DNA of 64,000 nucleotides from Anthoceros angustus (Eukaryota > Plantae > Anthocerotophyta), in the NCBI GenBank assembly GCA_010909165.1, contig MU008212.1, positions 233,491 to 297,490 of the forward strand. The letters run 5' to 3'. The notes below the pieces were generated by a model, which searched no databases, was not told where the DNA came from, and was given only the letters and a program-made list of their open reading frames with translations. Both the position numbers and the translations under genes were made by a program. Shown here one piece after another: positions 61,238 through 64,000 of the stretch (within the stretch, counting starts at the first letter, position 1; the number at the start of each line of letters is the position of its first letter).

Positions 61238-62638
61238 TGCTCAACACTACAACGTTAACCAGTCGGAAGACTGCTGACATTAAGGAATGCACAGCGGGGC
61301 CTGGAATAAATACGTGGAGTCGCGCTAGGGCGGAGGAGCAGAGAGTGATCCACGTCAGAATGACAAATCGCACCTTCTGCCGGCGGCCCGGCACCTTGGG
61401 GTCATTCAGATGAACTACCTACGACTAAACTCTAGTTTCGAATTTCTTACCTTTTAATGCTTCACGAGTAATAGGCGACGTAAGGTGAGTTAACGAGGTC
61501 TATGGCTCTCTCGCTAGTTAGCTACAGAGTAACCTTTGCTTTAACAAAAACAAGTCCTACAAGATCAAGCCCCACTGTTAAAAGATATGTCGTTTTCCTT
61601 TGTGCGAGATTCTTAAAGGTATAAGACTTGTTTGTGCCCGTTTATAAGACTTGCTTCAGCCCTTTTTTTCACATGCAAGATCCAATGGTGAAAGAAATGC
61701 TTTCAATGTTCCGTTACTCATAATAATGTTGGAGACTTAAGCCACAGCTTAAAAGTATATTCTGAAAGAGAATGGTACAAGACACGCTTTCAATATTTCC
61801 TCACTATTCAACTAAGTGTTAGCGACTCAAGCCACAGCTCACAAGTATACTCCACAAGAGATCACCCTAATGTTCAAACGTAACATGAGATATCTTGACC
61901 CCAACACACTTAAAACGTCACATAAGATCTATTTCTCATAATCTACAACAAGAATAGCGTGAATTTATAACCTAATTCTATGTACATATCCATAAGAAAA
62001 GAATATAAAATCAAGTCTATTTCAAAGAAATTTTATGTATGATTAGTTTAGAGGTTTTTGACAAGGCTAGCCTAAAAATACTTAAGACCTTAAACTAAAA
62101 AAAGTACAAAAAATCTTGTCACAAAAATAGAAATATTTAATAAGTTTCAAATCATTCATGACATGAATGGAAATGTCTATACCAAATCTTGATAGGAATG
62201 GAAACGTTTGCTTCCAAAGTGAGAAATTTCTTTGTTCTAGAAATTGTTGCTTCATTTGGAAACCTGTGAACCGTCCTATAAATTGCCAGGCTGGTCTAGT
62301 CATGGACAAAAAAGGTCACTAAGAAATTTGTTTTAAGTTACCCCGATGAGTATGTATAAGTCCACATGTATATATATATATATATATATTTCGTAGTCTC
62401 GCCTTTTGAGGACTCACACAAGGGAGTCTCACGTAGCCCAATCTGGCAGGGACGGACCTAGCCGAGACCAGGCTTTTGTGGAAGCTAGGCAGTTTAAGTT
62501 AACTTAAGCTCAAAAAAACGAGCTACAACTAATTTTACCGGCGGTTTCGTAACTTCCGCACAAACATTGTACAAGCCTCTCACTTCCTTTCTTACCATTA
62601 CCAATACAATTGATATCGCGCTTAGGTCATTGATAAAA

Positions 62639-63563
62639 ATGAACCATGTTTCTGCTGATACATGTTCACCTCGTCCAGGAGAGATGGATGTCAAAGTAGG
62701 CACTGAGAGTCTATCTAGCTTTGCAACTGATGTATGCCTCAACATCGAGGCCGATGAATTGGATGGTGAGGAAGGGAACTTCAGCACTGAAAACCAGGTC
62801 GTCAACGGATTAGGTGGAAGTCTTGGCGAAAACATTCGAGACACACTTTTGGGAACATCTTGCTCCCTTTCGCAAGGTGGCAAAGGTGATTTGTGTGTCA
62901 TTTTACATACATGTGATTGCTTAGATTGGTTTGAATTTGAACCACGATCTTTAAGTGCGAGGCTAACTCCAAATTTGTCTTCTTGTCATCTTTGTAGAAG
63001 TACACCACCCGACAAACTTTATGGCTTGCCTATCAAACCTTAGGAGTGGTATGCGGTGACATCTCACTCGTCTTCTCCGGCACAATTGAGCAATCCTATC
63101 GGTGGCGAGTTGCTTGGAGTAATGAGCATAATGTTACGGACACTAACGTTGATCGCGTTGATCAAATATGTTTTCATAGTGCTGCGGGATGACCATGGGG
63201 AAGGTGAGTTTGGTGAGATAGTAGGACATTAATTTTACGTAGTTGAGCATTGGCCAAGCGTTCAAGTTTTGTGGTGAACAACATTCTTCCTCACCCAAGC
63301 TCCTAAGCTGGAGGTACCGCTGCGATTGTACTCGAAGCTTTGTCAACATGCCAAAATCGGCCAGACGGCTGGCAGATCACATACGCCGGCACTGCAATCT
63401 GATACACAATTGCAATCTTTTAGTAGAGATAATAGGGGAATTCATTCCTGGACTACAAAATTCTAAGAGGGAAGCAAGAAGGCACAAACGGCATTGCTCA
63501 TCCTCGTCATGATTGGCACCAGCATGGTGATCGGCGATGGTGTTCTCACGCCAGCTATATCAG
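62639..63563 (+). pseudogene. KUP/HAK/KT potassium transporter, 5-prime fragment, disrupted
   Basis: LWLAYQTLGVVCGDIS, LGVMSIMLRTLTLIALIKYVFIVLRDDHGE, GGT(fs)LYSKLCQHAKIG and [33 protein letters not shown]. Frameshifts and a stop; homology stops at ~63563. Confidence 0.85.
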
Positions 63564-63599
63564 GTATAATGCAATTTGGTTCCTTTTCTTGTAATTGCT

Positions 63600-63790
63600 T
63601 TGCAATTGGGATGTTGTAGATGGACAAAGTCGTAAAGCGCGTTGTACCCACACCGAGACGCTCAAACTTAGATGTTGTAATTCCTTTTGCAATTGGGATG
63701 TTGTAAAACAGTCGTTGTAAAGCGCGTTGCCACACCGAGACGCCTCAAACTTAGATGTTGTAATTCCTTTTGCAATTGGGATGTTGTAAA
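63600..63790. repeat. ~85-bp tandem repeat, ~2.2 copies
   Basis: TTGCAATTGGGATGTTGTA recurs at 63600, 63687 and 63770, with shared intervening sequence. Confidence 0.85.
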
Positions 63791-63833
63791 TGGTTTGTAA
63801 ATGGCACCACGTCATCACATGGTGATGTGGCAA

Positions 63834-63909
63834 TGAAGGGCCTTGCATGAAATCAGCCCATACCGCGAGCCGCAATGCCACAGCGAGGCTAACTCCAAAT
63901 TGAAGGGCC
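63834..63909 (+). other. Templated patchwork insertion copied from carA exon 1 and the KUP intron
   Basis: 63834-63887 is identical to 61125-61178 (54 bp); 63883-63901 is identical to 62957-62975; 63893-63909 is identical to 61117-61133. Confidence 0.9.
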
Positions 63910-64000
63910 ATGTGGCAACAACATGCCATGTCATCACTTGGTGATGTGGCGTGATGTGGCGCCACATCACCACTTTAATGACATGGCACCGAACCGCCAT

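Overview
Gene-dense eukaryotic nuclear DNA from a seed-free land plant. A hornwort or other bryophyte is my inference, from short GT-AG introns, a centriole gene (CEP44), a KDEL-less ABP1 and a BAM-like (type-B) BZR/BES factor. Apparently intact genes: MED10, a CW-type MORC, CEP44, an intronless plant-type PEPC, a SMIM8-like microprotein, ABP1, a 2-oxoglutarate dioxygenase, a germin-like protein, an ArfB/ICT1-like peptidyl-tRNA hydrolase, an AT-rich intronless GDSL lipase, MRD1/RBM19, BUD20/ZNF593, BZR/BES, tRNA-His(GUG) and carA. Between them lie decayed Ty3/gypsy and Ty1/copia elements, two copies of a TA-flanked TIR element, a 1.7-kb tandem duplication, and several gene-fragment pseudogenes (RidA, saccharopine-dehydrogenase-like, carboxylesterase, KUP/HAK). 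The strongest lead is a decayed, spliceosomal-intron-containing PEPC (21.36-22.91 kb) immediately upstream of and divergent from the intronless PEPC. Its motifs resemble non-canonical bacterial PEPCs rather than plant-type or plant bacterial-type PEPC, so this lineage may carry a third PEPC class. A second clear signal is a microhomology-joined patchwork at 63.83-63.91 kb copied from carA exon 1 and a KUP intron. All family assignments come from manual motif recognition with no database searches, and exon boundaries are hand-inferred.
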